From IMG/VR virus record IMGVR_UViG_3300021093_000006: 64,000 nucleotides of DNA, one strand, 5' to 3'. Below, in pieces: positions 48,527 through 57,057 of this stretch (position 1 is the stretch's first letter; the number at the start of each line of letters is the position of its first letter). The stretch is from a virus. The notes under the pieces are model-generated. The model saw only the letters and a program-made list of their open reading frames with translations. It was not told the DNA's origin and did not search any database. The translations under genes were made by a program, and so were the position numbers.

Positions 48527-51500
48527 TTATTTTTTAATAATAATTCTTTTCTTTTTAGGGTTATTTGGGTCAGAGGTATCAAATATATTAAATTGTATAT
48601 TTGGGTATTTTATAATTAATTTTTCTCTAATTAAATTCTCAATTATTTCTAAATTACTTAAATCATCATCACTATAACCAACACTAATACCCTCAAAATT
48701 AGGATTATCTATTATACCGTCTATTTGTTTTACTACCCTATCAACAAAGTTTTCGAACGCAACCTCTTTTCCTTTTTCAGGTTTACTTTCAGTAGTATCT
48801 AAATTAAAATTATCTAAAAATTCTTTTGATGAAACTGGATGATAATCTTGTAAACTAAGATATTCTTCTATAGATATACCTTTAAGATTTTTTTCCATTT
48901 GTTTTTTATTGCCATATGAAAAATTTTTATCTATAATTATTTTAATACCATCTATTAAAGATTTAGGTGAATTCGATCTGGCAGTTATAATAGAAAAATC
49001 TTCACCATTAATTAACGCTTCTTTAAAATCATTAAAACTAGGTGCATAATCTCTTCTATCTAATGCGTAATTAACGTCTTTAATAAAAGAATCATAATTT
49101 CTAAAATCTTTAAATGCATCATTTATATTATCATTTTTATATCTAAATTCCGAACCTAATTTATGTCTAATAGATCTAAATTGTTCCGTTGATACTGAAA
49201 CTGGTACCCAATATATCCCACCTACCTTGTAATCTAAATGAATTCTTGTTGGCATTTTTAATATATTATCATCCCAATCAAAAGAATAAGTTTTTTTCAA
49301 TGACTCTGTTAAATAACTTTTTTTATAGATAATTGATTCGTTTTTAGTTTCTTCTGTTTCATCATCTGATAAACCACTAGCAATAAATGGTAACAATGCA
49401 GGAAATCCACTAGAAATTAAATTATATGCCTGTCTATATAAACCCTTTTCCATTTTTTTTGCTTGTTCTGGATATATTTTTTTCCATTTTCTTTCTAATT
49501 TACCCAGTACTTCAAAAAAATCTTTAGGTATATTATTAACCCAACTATCTACACTCGATATTTCTTTTTCTAATTTTACCTCATCAGTAATATTTTTATT
49601 TAAAAATTTATCTATGTATTTTTTAAAAAATTCTTTTATTTTTTCTAAATTATTTAAATCTCTAGGTTTAGGTTCTTCTATATTTATAGAATTTTTGATT
49701 CTTTGTAGATCAATGTCCACTAATTTTTGTGATTTATCTGTACCCCTTAAATAGTCTACTAAAAATGTGGCAAATCCTTTATTTTTTTCTAATGTACCTA
49801 ATTCTAATATATTTTTAATACTGGCAGTAAATTCAGCCTCAATTTCCTGAACATGAGACCAATAACTTAATTCTTTAGATGCGTCCATAACAATTCTTTC
49901 TATCTCTCTAATGTTTAAGTTATTCTCAATAAACTTTAAAAATTTAGCATCATCTAAATTATCAGTTTTTTGTTTTATTTTTTTATATTCATCGTTAAAA
50001 TTTGACCAGTCATCTAAAGAAAGTTTTATAGCTTTAACTTTAACATCATCACCAAATAAATTTGTATTAAATTTAGATGTAACAACTTTTTTGGTAACTT
50101 TTTTAATATATTTTTCAGGAACAATTTTATTATCTTTTGCCCATGTTTTAAAATCTTCTATCCATGTATAGTCTTTACTGGTATCTATATTTTTTTCCGC
50201 ACCAAATTTTCTAACTTCAGATTCCAAATTGTTTATATCGTCTCTTTGCCACACCCAAAAATCAAAATCATCAATTTCTATTTCTTTAGTCGGTGACATT
50301 TCTCTTTTACCAGTTAAATAACCCCAAGCTTCATTACCATCTTTAAAATAACCCGATTTATATGTGTAATTACCATGTATACTAGTTTGATTATTTTGTA
50401 AAACATGAGTTAATTCATGATAAATTACATGAAATATACTATTTTTTAAATCTTCTAAATTTTTTGGTTTCCTATAATCAGCAATTGCGGTTGGGTTAAC
50501 TATAACCCATTGCCCAAAATTACCATTTATATCATTTACATACATTTTTACACCAAATGGAACATCATATCTTTTTAAATATTTACTTCTTAAATTTGGA
50601 TCTTTTAATATTTTTTGATTTTTAATCCAATCCATTATAGATGGTATTTGATACCATTCCATGTTTTCAAAAGTCTTATCGAATTCAGATCTGTATAAAT
50701 CTTCTAATTTATCATCTCTTATTTTTATAAAATCTAGCTCTTCTGGTCCTTGTTTGTTTAAAGAAAATTTTACATTTTGTCCATTTATTTGTAATGTCAC
50801 ATAAATTGGTTCTCCTGTATCTGGATCAAACCCCCAATCTTTATCAAAACCATATTTTTTAAAAGAAGCGTCTATAATGTCATATTCATCTTTTGGGATA
50901 TCTGATAATTTAAGTCCCACAATTTGTTGAGGATCATTTTTAGGGATTTCACTTTTAGGTAAATCCTTTTCTTTTTTTGTTGGGTTTTTCAAAATCTGCC
51001 AAACTTCTTCCGAAGTTTTTTTACCTGATCCTAAATCACTTTTTAATTGTTTAAAACCTTCTTCACCATTAATTCTAATATATTCATTTAATTTTTCTGC
51101 GAATAATTTGTTAAAATTACTTTCGATATCATCTATTTTAGTAATCATTTGCCTATTTAATACTTGTAAACTAACAAGATATTCTAAATCATCAGTGTTT
51201 ATTTTTTTTAAATTTTCACCAGATAATTCTTTTCCTTTCACAAAATTAATTAAATCGGTTCCAGAAATATCTTTTGTCTTTATATTTTTTAAAGTTAAAT
51301 CTTTAATAGTATCATCCCAGTTTTTCCTAAATGTAGTAAATTCTGATTTAGTTATTAGTGATTCTATTTCTAATTTTTTAAAAATTAAATTTCCTAAGTC
51401 TATAAAATCATTAAAACTTTTACCAGCACCTTTTAAATTAATTTTTATATCAGGTATATTCTTAAAAATATTTTTACTAGTATCTAAATTTTTGGCAGAA

Positions 51501-51598
51501 TCAATAACATCATCCAACCATCGCTGTTCATTTAAAGGTTTTTTATAAATAAATTCTTTAATTTTTTTAATTTCTTTTTCTGAAAATAATCTATTCAT
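48527..51598 (-). CDS. Leader-bearing multidomain protein: zincin-like HExxH domain plus C-terminal HAD-fold phosphatase (1023 aa)
   Basis: MNRLFSEKEIKKIKEFIYKKPLNE; YHELTHVLQ and later SHVQEIEAEF; HAD motifs SFDWDDN, IITAR, KPEKGK, GYSDDD. Confidence 0.72.
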   Translation of the reverse strand: MNRLFSEKEIKKIKEFIYKKPLNEQRWLDDVIDSAKNLDTSKNIFKNIPDIKINLKGAGKSFNDFIDLGNLIFKKLEIESLITKSEFTTFRKNWDDTIKDLTLKNIKTKDISGTDLINFVKGKELSGENLKKINTDDLEYLVSLQVLNRQMITKIDDIESNFNKLFAEKLNEYIRINGEEGFKQLKSDLGSGKKTSEEVWQILKNPTKKEKDLPKSEIPKNDPQQIVGLKLSDIPKDEYDIIDASFKKYGFDKDWGFDPDTGEPIYVTLQINGQNVKFSLNKQGPEELDFIKIRDDKLEDLYRSEFDKTFENMEWYQIPSIMDWIKNQKILKDPNLRSKYLKRYDVPFGVKMYVNDINGNFGQWVIVNPTAIADYRKPKNLEDLKNSIFHVIYHELTHVLQNNQTSIHGNYTYKSGYFKDGNEAWGYLTGKREMSPTKEIEIDDFDFWVWQRDDINNLESEVRKFGAEKNIDTSKDYTWIEDFKTWAKDNKIVPEKYIKKVTKKVVTSKFNTNLFGDDVKVKAIKLSLDDWSNFNDEYKKIKQKTDNLDDAKFLKFIENNLNIREIERIVMDASKELSYWSHVQEIEAEFTASIKNILELGTLEKNKGFATFLVDYLRGTDKSQKLVDIDLQRIKNSINIEEPKPRDLNNLEKIKEFFKKYIDKFLNKNITDEVKLEKEISSVDSWVNNIPKDFFEVLGKLERKWKKIYPEQAKKMEKGLYRQAYNLISSGFPALLPFIASGLSDDETEETKNESIIYKKSYLTESLKKTYSFDWDDNILKMPTRIHLDYKVGGIYWVPVSVSTEQFRSIRHKLGSEFRYKNDNINDAFKDFRNYDSFIKDVNYALDRRDYAPSFNDFKEALINGEDFSIITARSNSPKSLIDGIKIIIDKNFSYGNKKQMEKNLKGISIEEYLSLQDYHPVSSKEFLDNFNLDTTESKPEKGKEVAFENFVDRVVKQIDGIIDNPNFEGISVGYSDDDLSNLEIIENLIREKLIIKYPNIQFNIFDTSDPNNPKKKRIIIKK

Positions 51599-51602
51599 AT
51601 TT

Positions 51603-51610
51603 ATAAATAT
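51603..51610 (-). promoter_or_regulatory. Putative late promoter motif ATATTTAT
   Basis: 4 nt upstream of ATG 51598. Confidence 0.45.
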
Positions 51611-51623
51611 TTAAATAAAATAA

Positions 51624-51648
51624 AAAACCCAACTTTAAATTGGGTTTT
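51624..51648. terminator. Hairpin / probable intrinsic terminator
   Basis: aaaacccaa-ctttaaa-ttgggtttt; on the minus strand the T-run extends to ttttttatttt. Confidence 0.6.
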
Positions 51649-51675
51649 AAAAAATTTAAAATTTTTGTTAAAAAT

Positions 51676-51706
51676 TTTGTTTATTAAAAATATAATTATA
51701 TATTTG
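51676..51706 (+). promoter_or_regulatory. Bacteroidota-type promoter TTTG-N19-TATATTTG
   Basis: TTTG ends 51679, TATATTTG 51699-51706, ATG 51722. Confidence 0.65.
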
Positions 51707-51721
51707 TATAACATAAATCTT

Positions 51722-52060
51722 ATGACTAAAATACAAAAAGAGGCAGAACTTTATAAAAATGTTTCTGATTCCAAACTTAGAAGAGTAATTTTAAATTATA
51801 AATTTTTGTCTTTATCTAATTCAAAAAATTTTAATTTTATTATAACATTATTATTTTTATTGATACCTTATTTTATAATATGTAAAATAAATTTATTTAC
51901 TTTATCTTTAATAATATTGTCACATTTTTTTATTTTTTGGAAATACCTTTATGAGAAAAAAAACTGGAAAATGGTAAGTGACAAAGATAAAGTTGAGGTA
52001 GATGAAATAATTAAAATATTAGAATCATACAAAGAACAAAGAAAAACCCCTAAAAAATAG
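51722..52060 (+). CDS. Small two-TM membrane protein (~112 aa)
   Basis: In-frame ATG 51722 inside the track ORF, downstream of the promoter; FNFIITLLFLLIPYFIICKINLFTLSLIILSHFFIFW. Confidence 0.6.
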   Translation: MTKIQKEAELYKNVSDSKLRRVILNYKFLSLSNSKNFNFIITLLFLLIPYFIICKINLFTLSLIILSHFFIFWKYLYEKKNWKMVSDKDKVEVDEIIKILESYKEQRKTPKK

Positions 52061-52068
52061 GGGTTTTT
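52042..52068. terminator. Bidirectional intrinsic terminator
   Basis: aaaaaccccta-aaaaa-taggggttttt between convergent genes. Confidence 0.8.
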
Positions 52069-52070
52069 TA

Positions 52071-52664
52071 TTATATTCCTGTTCTTCTGTATTTCATGTT
52101 TCTTCCACCTAACACTAAAGCTAAACCTGCAGCAACCATTGCAACTGATATTGGACCAGCATAGTTACCTAGACCTAACGAATCTACATACTGATGAATT
52201 TTTTGAGTTAACAAAAATTCTGACCAACCCATAAAAGAACCTAAAGCGGATACTGCACCTGTTAAAGCTAAACCTGCTCCTCCACCCATCATTGCCTTTT
52301 CCATATATTCTGCGTTCCTACCACCCATATTTCTAGGTAAATCTTCATTTTCTCTAAGATATCTTTCCGCTAAATTACTAGCATTAGAAGAATCTACTTT
52401 AGATTGTAAAATACTTACTTCAGTAGGATCTAATTCAGGTAAAACATTTTGTTCTAAAAAGTCAGCAATTAGCTCAATTACTTCACCTCTACTTAATTCC
52501 CCTTCGTCATTCATACCCATTAATTCATCTCGACTATAATCAGATAAATTTAAATTTCCAAATCTTGGGTGTACATCATCCATGCCACCCATATCTTCTT
52601 TAATTACTCTTTTAACTATTCTTCTTAAATCAGATTCAGTTAATCTAACTACTCTTCTTTTCAT
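52071..52664 (-). CDS. Leader-bearing membrane-type protein (197 aa)
   Basis: MKRRVVRLTESDLRRIVKRVIKE; Gly/Ala-rich hydrophobic AMMGGGAGLALTGAVSALGSF and GPISVAMVAAGLALVLGG. Confidence 0.75.
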   Translation of the reverse strand: MKRRVVRLTESDLRRIVKRVIKEDMGGMDDVHPRFGNLNLSDYSRDELMGMNDEGELSRGEVIELIADFLEQNVLPELDPTEVSILQSKVDSSNASNLAERYLRENEDLPRNMGGRNAEYMEKAMMGGGAGLALTGAVSALGSFMGWSEFLLTQKIHQYVDSLGLGNYAGPISVAMVAAGLALVLGGRNMKYRRTGI

Positions 52665-52690
52665 CTTTATAATTTATTTTAATTTTTTTT
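52636..52690. repeat. 55-bp direct repeat copy 1 (5' UTR plus first leader codons)
   Basis: tcagttaatctaacta(c/a)tcttcttttcatctttataatttattttaatttttttt; matches 53171..53225 with one mismatch. Confidence 0.9.
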
Positions 52691-52716
52691 AGTAAATTAT
52701 TCATAATTATTGTTTT

Positions 52717-53199
52717 TTATAAATCATTCCACCAACCTGGACCACCACAACCGTATTTTTTTCCACTTGATTTTTTAACAATTAAAAATATTATAATTAT
52801 CAATAAAATCGCTGCGATTGCAATTAATACACTTGCAGAAATAGAAACACCTGCAATAATTATAGGGGCCAAATTTTCATTTATTGCTCCTGCAGATTCT
52901 GCTTTTTGTTTTTGTTGTTTAATTTCTCTTCTAAGATTAATTAATTCTTTAACACTTTTACCACTAACTGCATTTCCAAAATTTTTGATAAACTCTATCG
53001 CCTCTTCTTTTTTGTCGGCAGGTAAAGCGTTTAATGTTTTTGTAACCCAACCTGGTACTCCTTTAGCTGAACAGTATTGTGCAACATCAACATCTTTCAC
53101 CACTTCATCAGCTTGAGCGGTTTCGTCTTCTTCTTTGATAACTCTTCGAACTATTCGAGTCAAATCTGACTCAGTTAATCTAACTAATCTTCTTTTCAT
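52717..53199 (-). CDS. Leader-bearing protein with C-terminal TM helix (160 aa)
   Basis: MKRRLVRLTESDLTRIVRRVIKE; PIIIAGVSISASVLIAIAAILLIIIIFLIV. Confidence 0.75.
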   Translation of the reverse strand: MKRRLVRLTESDLTRIVRRVIKEEDETAQADEVVKDVDVAQYCSAKGVPGWVTKTLNALPADKKEEAIEFIKNFGNAVSGKSVKELINLRREIKQQKQKAESAGAINENLAPIIIAGVSISASVLIAIAAILLIIIIFLIVKKSSGKKYGCGGPGWWNDL

Positions 53200-53225
53200 C
53201 TTTATAATTTATTTTAATTTTTTTT
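53171..53225. repeat. 55-bp direct repeat copy 2
   Basis: See copy 1 at 52636..52690. Confidence 0.9.
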
Positions 53226-53227
53226 AT

Positions 53228-53575
53228 TTAATATGAACCTCCAGTAGTTCCAGGTACTTTAACTCTATCTCCATCTGAACCGCCCATTTTACCAGCAACA
53301 CATCTAGAAATAGGTTCTATTTTACTAAGAATTATTTTTGCCGTTTTTGGATTCATACTCGTTCCACATTCTAATGCTTTAGTAACATCTTTATCAACAA
53401 TCATTGTTACACACGCTTCAGGTATTTCAGTCAAATCTGTTAAAGTTGTATTTTCTTTAATACAATCAAGAACCGCAGTTTCTGGGTCAACACTTTCTCT
53501 TAAAAGTTTTTTTACAATTCTTCTCATATCTGATTCAGATAAAGTAATCGTTTTTCCGTTTTTTCTAATTTTCAT
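53228..53575 (-). CDS. Leader-bearing small Cys-containing protein (115 aa)
   Basis: MKIRKNGKTITLSESDMRRIVKKLLRE; four spaced Cys. Confidence 0.72.
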   Translation of the reverse strand: MKIRKNGKTITLSESDMRRIVKKLLRESVDPETAVLDCIKENTTLTDLTEIPEACVTMIVDKDVTKALECGTSMNPKTAKIILSKIEPISRCVAGKMGGSDGDRVKVPGTTGGSY

Positions 53576-53597
53576 CTCTTTTTATTTTAATTTATTT

Positions 53598-53621
53598 ATT
53601 GGGGGATTTACCCCCCCCAAT
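53598..53621. other. GC-rich hairpin 20 nt downstream of the sheath stop
   Basis: attggggg-atttaccc-cccccaat; no U-tract on the coding (minus) strand, so more likely an mRNA-stabilising or processing stem than a terminator. Confidence 0.45.
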
Positions 53622-53641
53622 TTATTGTTATTATTTATTAA

Positions 53642-56491
53642 TTAAATATCATCAAAACTTGCTCCTGTGTTAGTAATATTAAATTCTATCGAAATATATT
53701 CTAAAGATCTTGTTGGTTTAATAAATATTCTACCATTTAATTCATTTCTATCTATTGATTCTGGAGTATCATCTAATGTTACTCTAAAGTCAGTTAAACC
53801 TCTTTCTTTTCTAATATTATCTAATATTGGGTTAACTAAACTTAGGAATTGATTTCTTACTACATCGTCATTTTGTTCAAATAGTAGTCTGATAGAAACT
53901 GCCGATATAAGTTTTCTAGCCTGTAGTAACAATCTTCTAACATTAATTCTATTAAGAGCACTTTCTCTAACTTGTAATGTTTTGTTACCAAATATAACTA
54001 CACCTACATCTGAGAATGTTGCCATAGGATTAATTCTTCCTTCATAAAGATCATCTCTATCATCTAATTTAAGTTTAACTCTAGCTTTAATTGCCGTAGT
54101 TGTACCTCTATTTAAACCTGCCGCTGCGAACCAAGGGAATGCTACGTTATCAGTTAATGCGATGTTTCTTACAACTTCTACTGTTGGTGGTAACCATACG
54201 TATCTATTGTTTTCTGTGTCATTCATTTGTAACCAAGGCCAATATGTGGCAGAATAGTTAGAATCGATTCCAGAATCCTCAATGATATCGACTGCTTCAC
54301 CTGGAGTTAATGCTACACCATCTACGTCAACATCAGGTGTTGTAATAATATAAAGTGAATCTGCTCTATCAGTTTCAACCATATCAACCGCATTTTCAAT
54401 CAAACTGATATTGTCTCTTAAATCTATACCTGGTGTAGCAAATACATTTATATTTACCGCTTCAGGATTATTATAAGTATAAATACCATTTAAATATGCG
54501 TAATAGTCAGAAGTAATTCCATCATCACCTTCAGAGGTGATAAATGTATTAAATATCCCTTTAGTTAAACCTAATGAACCTTTAGTCCCATTCTTAGTAT
54601 AAGAATCTCCGTTAGTTCTTTTAGTTCTATACTCATCCCAACCATCCCATCCACCAAAAGGTGCAAAAGTGAATTTTCTTGCTGCCACTTTTTCATAAGG
54701 ACCACCGATTAAAGATGCGTCAGTTGTAAAAGCTGAAATACCTACCTGTAATGTTGGGATATAACTTTGATCACCTAAATCTATTAAAGAGTTAGTAGCA
54801 TTAACATCTAAATGGAAACCATCTGTTTTTCCAGTATAAACACCATCATTAACTGCATTTAAACCTTTATAATCAAAGAAGTCTTGATCTACCCCAATAT
54901 CACTATTTAAACCTAAATATGTTTTTCTTAATTTAGATGTATTGAAATCAGAATATTTAGTTTTATATTCGATTTTTGGTGGTAAAGCAGTTCTATTAGA
55001 ACCAATATAAGTTCTATTTAAAACACCCTCAAAACCTGCTGGAAAATGGTTAGCCAAATCTGGATCATTTCCATCCCACAATTCTACCATTATATATTTA
55101 CTTCTTAATGGAAATTCACCATCTGTTGTACCAATTTTTCTAGCAATAAATCCAATAGAAGCACTATCCATAGAAAGTGAAGAGAATTTCTCGACAACAC
55201 TAGGATTAGCATCTGTATCATTAAATTTTCTAACAATTAAATCAAAAGTTTTGTTATCTGGTTGAATATTTAAAATTGAAAATTTAACGTCTTGATTCGC
55301 CGTATTACCATCAGATATTGTTACTAATCTAAATAATCTTTGTAATGTAGAACCTACACCAACACCTTTTACTTCTGAAAGAACCCAAGGTGATGCAGCA
55401 GTTTTCCAACTTTCTAAATAATTATTTAAGTTATTTGTGATTGTATAATCGATGTTAACGAATGATACATCCAAACCTCTTACTTTGTTAGCACTAATTA
55501 AATCTTCTAAAACATTATTATAAATCTCCTCAACCCATAATTCAGTCTCTTTATCTTGTGTAGATTGCCCAAATACTCTAGGTAAGAAATTCTTTTTAGT
55601 TTTGTCCATAGAAACCTCATAATTGAAGTTATCTCCATTGTATGTAACACCAGATATATTAAATGAAGCCAATGCATTTGATGGTAAATTGGAAGTATTT
55701 GTCATTAATGTATCAGTTACTCCCGTTACATAATATGTTAAATTTTCTAATCCATCGTAGAATCCTCTAGATCTTAAAGTAGCGATAACACTACCATCTA
55801 TATCTGTATAACAACTAGCCGTATAACTAACAACTGTACCACTTGTAGTACCTGTTACAAATCCTGCTGATGCATTACCTTCTGAAATAACTTCTAAATC
55901 AAATGTTGCCCCACTAAAATTACATCCTGTTTTTACATAATAAGGTGTAGTTACATTTATTGTATCACCTGTATTTAATAACCCTATATTCGAAAAGAAT
56001 CCATTAATTTGGTTATCATTATATAAAGCAGTTAAATTAGGGTCATTAAAAGTAATAGTTACTGGTAATCCCGCAGTAGTTGCAGAATATGTCATTAAAA
56101 CACCATACGATGTAGTATTTGTAATACCTGTAGTAGAAGGATCTGCAGAAGAATCTAATGTGATTGACCATGCATTTCCTGCCTTATATCCCGATAAACC
56201 TAAAATTCTACTAACGTATAATTGATTAGTTTGTGTTAGGAATGATTTTGCAATGTAATTTAATTCATATTTATTGAACCCACTAGCTTTGAATTTTTCG
56301 GGATTTAACCCACCAAAATAACTAATGAATTCATCGTAATTAGATATGAAAACTGGTTCAAACGCTGGACCTTTAGGTGTTTCACCTAATAATCCTAACG
56401 TAGTAACCCCAACCTGTCTAGTTACAAATGTTAAGTCTTTTTCTGAAGTAAAAACTCCAGGACTCACAAAAATTCTGTCTGTTGATGCCAT
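53642..56491 (-). CDS. Tail sheath protein (949 aa)
   Basis: VSPGVFTSEKD, LLGETPKGPAFEPVFI, INVFATPGID, YSATYWPW, WFAAAGLNRG, GRINP, VIFGNKTL, LNRINVRRLL, FEQND. Confidence 0.95.
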   Translation of the reverse strand: MASTDRIFVSPGVFTSEKDLTFVTRQVGVTTLGLLGETPKGPAFEPVFISNYDEFISYFGGLNPEKFKASGFNKYELNYIAKSFLTQTNQLYVSRILGLSGYKAGNAWSITLDSSADPSTTGITNTTSYGVLMTYSATTAGLPVTITFNDPNLTALYNDNQINGFFSNIGLLNTGDTINVTTPYYVKTGCNFSGATFDLEVISEGNASAGFVTGTTSGTVVSYTASCYTDIDGSVIATLRSRGFYDGLENLTYYVTGVTDTLMTNTSNLPSNALASFNISGVTYNGDNFNYEVSMDKTKKNFLPRVFGQSTQDKETELWVEEIYNNVLEDLISANKVRGLDVSFVNIDYTITNNLNNYLESWKTAASPWVLSEVKGVGVGSTLQRLFRLVTISDGNTANQDVKFSILNIQPDNKTFDLIVRKFNDTDANPSVVEKFSSLSMDSASIGFIARKIGTTDGEFPLRSKYIMVELWDGNDPDLANHFPAGFEGVLNRTYIGSNRTALPPKIEYKTKYSDFNTSKLRKTYLGLNSDIGVDQDFFDYKGLNAVNDGVYTGKTDGFHLDVNATNSLIDLGDQSYIPTLQVGISAFTTDASLIGGPYEKVAARKFTFAPFGGWDGWDEYRTKRTNGDSYTKNGTKGSLGLTKGIFNTFITSEGDDGITSDYYAYLNGIYTYNNPEAVNINVFATPGIDLRDNISLIENAVDMVETDRADSLYIITTPDVDVDGVALTPGEAVDIIEDSGIDSNYSATYWPWLQMNDTENNRYVWLPPTVEVVRNIALTDNVAFPWFAAAGLNRGTTTAIKARVKLKLDDRDDLYEGRINPMATFSDVGVVIFGNKTLQVRESALNRINVRRLLLQARKLISAVSIRLLFEQNDDVVRNQFLSLVNPILDNIRKERGLTDFRVTLDDTPESIDRNELNGRIFIKPTRSLEYISIEFNITNTGASFDDI

Positions 56492-56538
56492 TTAATTTAA
56501 TTTATTTTTTATCTTATTATTTATTAATTTCTTTAAAT

Positions 56539-56546
56539 ATAAATAT
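56539..56546 (-). promoter_or_regulatory. Putative late promoter motif ATATTTAT
   Basis: 47 nt upstream of the sheath ATG. Confidence 0.5.
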
Positions 56547-56570
56547 ATTGATTTTTTAGAAAAAATATTT

Positions 56571-56624
56571 TTTGTGTTGTATAACACAAATTTAGTATGA
56601 TTTTTATATTACTTTTGTCATACT
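56571..56624. promoter_or_regulatory. Two inverted repeats in the divergent sheath/RHH promoter region (candidate operators)
   Basis: TTTGTGTT-GTAT-AACACAAA (56571-90) and AGTATGA-N17-TCATACT (56594-56624). Confidence 0.45.
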
Positions 56625-56640
56625 TACATATTTATATGGT

Positions 56641-56790
56641 ATGAAAAGAGATAAGAATTTAAAAATTACCCCTATGACTCATAAAATTTTAAAAGATTAT
56701 TGTGAACAAAATGGTTTAAAGATGTTTTCTTTTGTAGAAAAATTAATAAAAGAAAAATGTCTCAAACCTAAAGATATATACGGTGAATAA
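56641..56790 (+). CDS. 49-aa ribbon-helix-helix-like DNA-binding protein
   Basis: MKRDKNLKITPMTHKILKDYCEQNGLKMFSFVEKLIKEKCLKPKDIYGE*: beta strand, helix, Gly turn, helix. ATATTTAT at 56628-35 directly upstream. Below the track cutoff. Confidence 0.65.
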   Translation: MKRDKNLKITPMTHKILKDYCEQNGLKMFSFVEKLIKEKCLKPKDIYGE

Positions 56791-57033
56791 TAAAATTATA
56801 GTATTTTTAGTTATCGTCCCTAAAACTTTTGGTTCTAATTGATACATTCCTGATATTAAACCAATATCAGTTATATTTATGGATGATATGTATGAAAACC
56901 CGTATGTTAGAGAAAATGGTTGGGATCCTGAAAGTTGTACCAATTTTAACCAATTAGAATCATTAATGAAAAATGATTAGTAATACAATTATAATTTATA
57001 TAACCCCTCTACCACATTTTTTTCGGATTGTTT

Positions 57034-57041
57034 ATATTTAT
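57034..57041 (+). promoter_or_regulatory. Putative late promoter motif ATATTTAT
   Basis: 16 nt upstream of ATG 57058; the motif is on the plus strand here, matching the orientation of the gene. Confidence 0.55.
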
Positions 57042-57057
57042 AATTAAACAAAATACT

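Noticed and set aside
3431-55000. Many short alternative-frame and antisense ORFs in the track (e.g. 3431..3616, 3601..3804, 9556..9744, 11237..11614, 13521..13871, 15075..15344, 25195..25554, 40218..40571, 51108..51548, 53667..53852)
   Set aside because: They lie entirely within long, motif-supported genes and read as shadow frames (Ser/Leu/Phe/Ile-rich), mostly with non-ATG starts.
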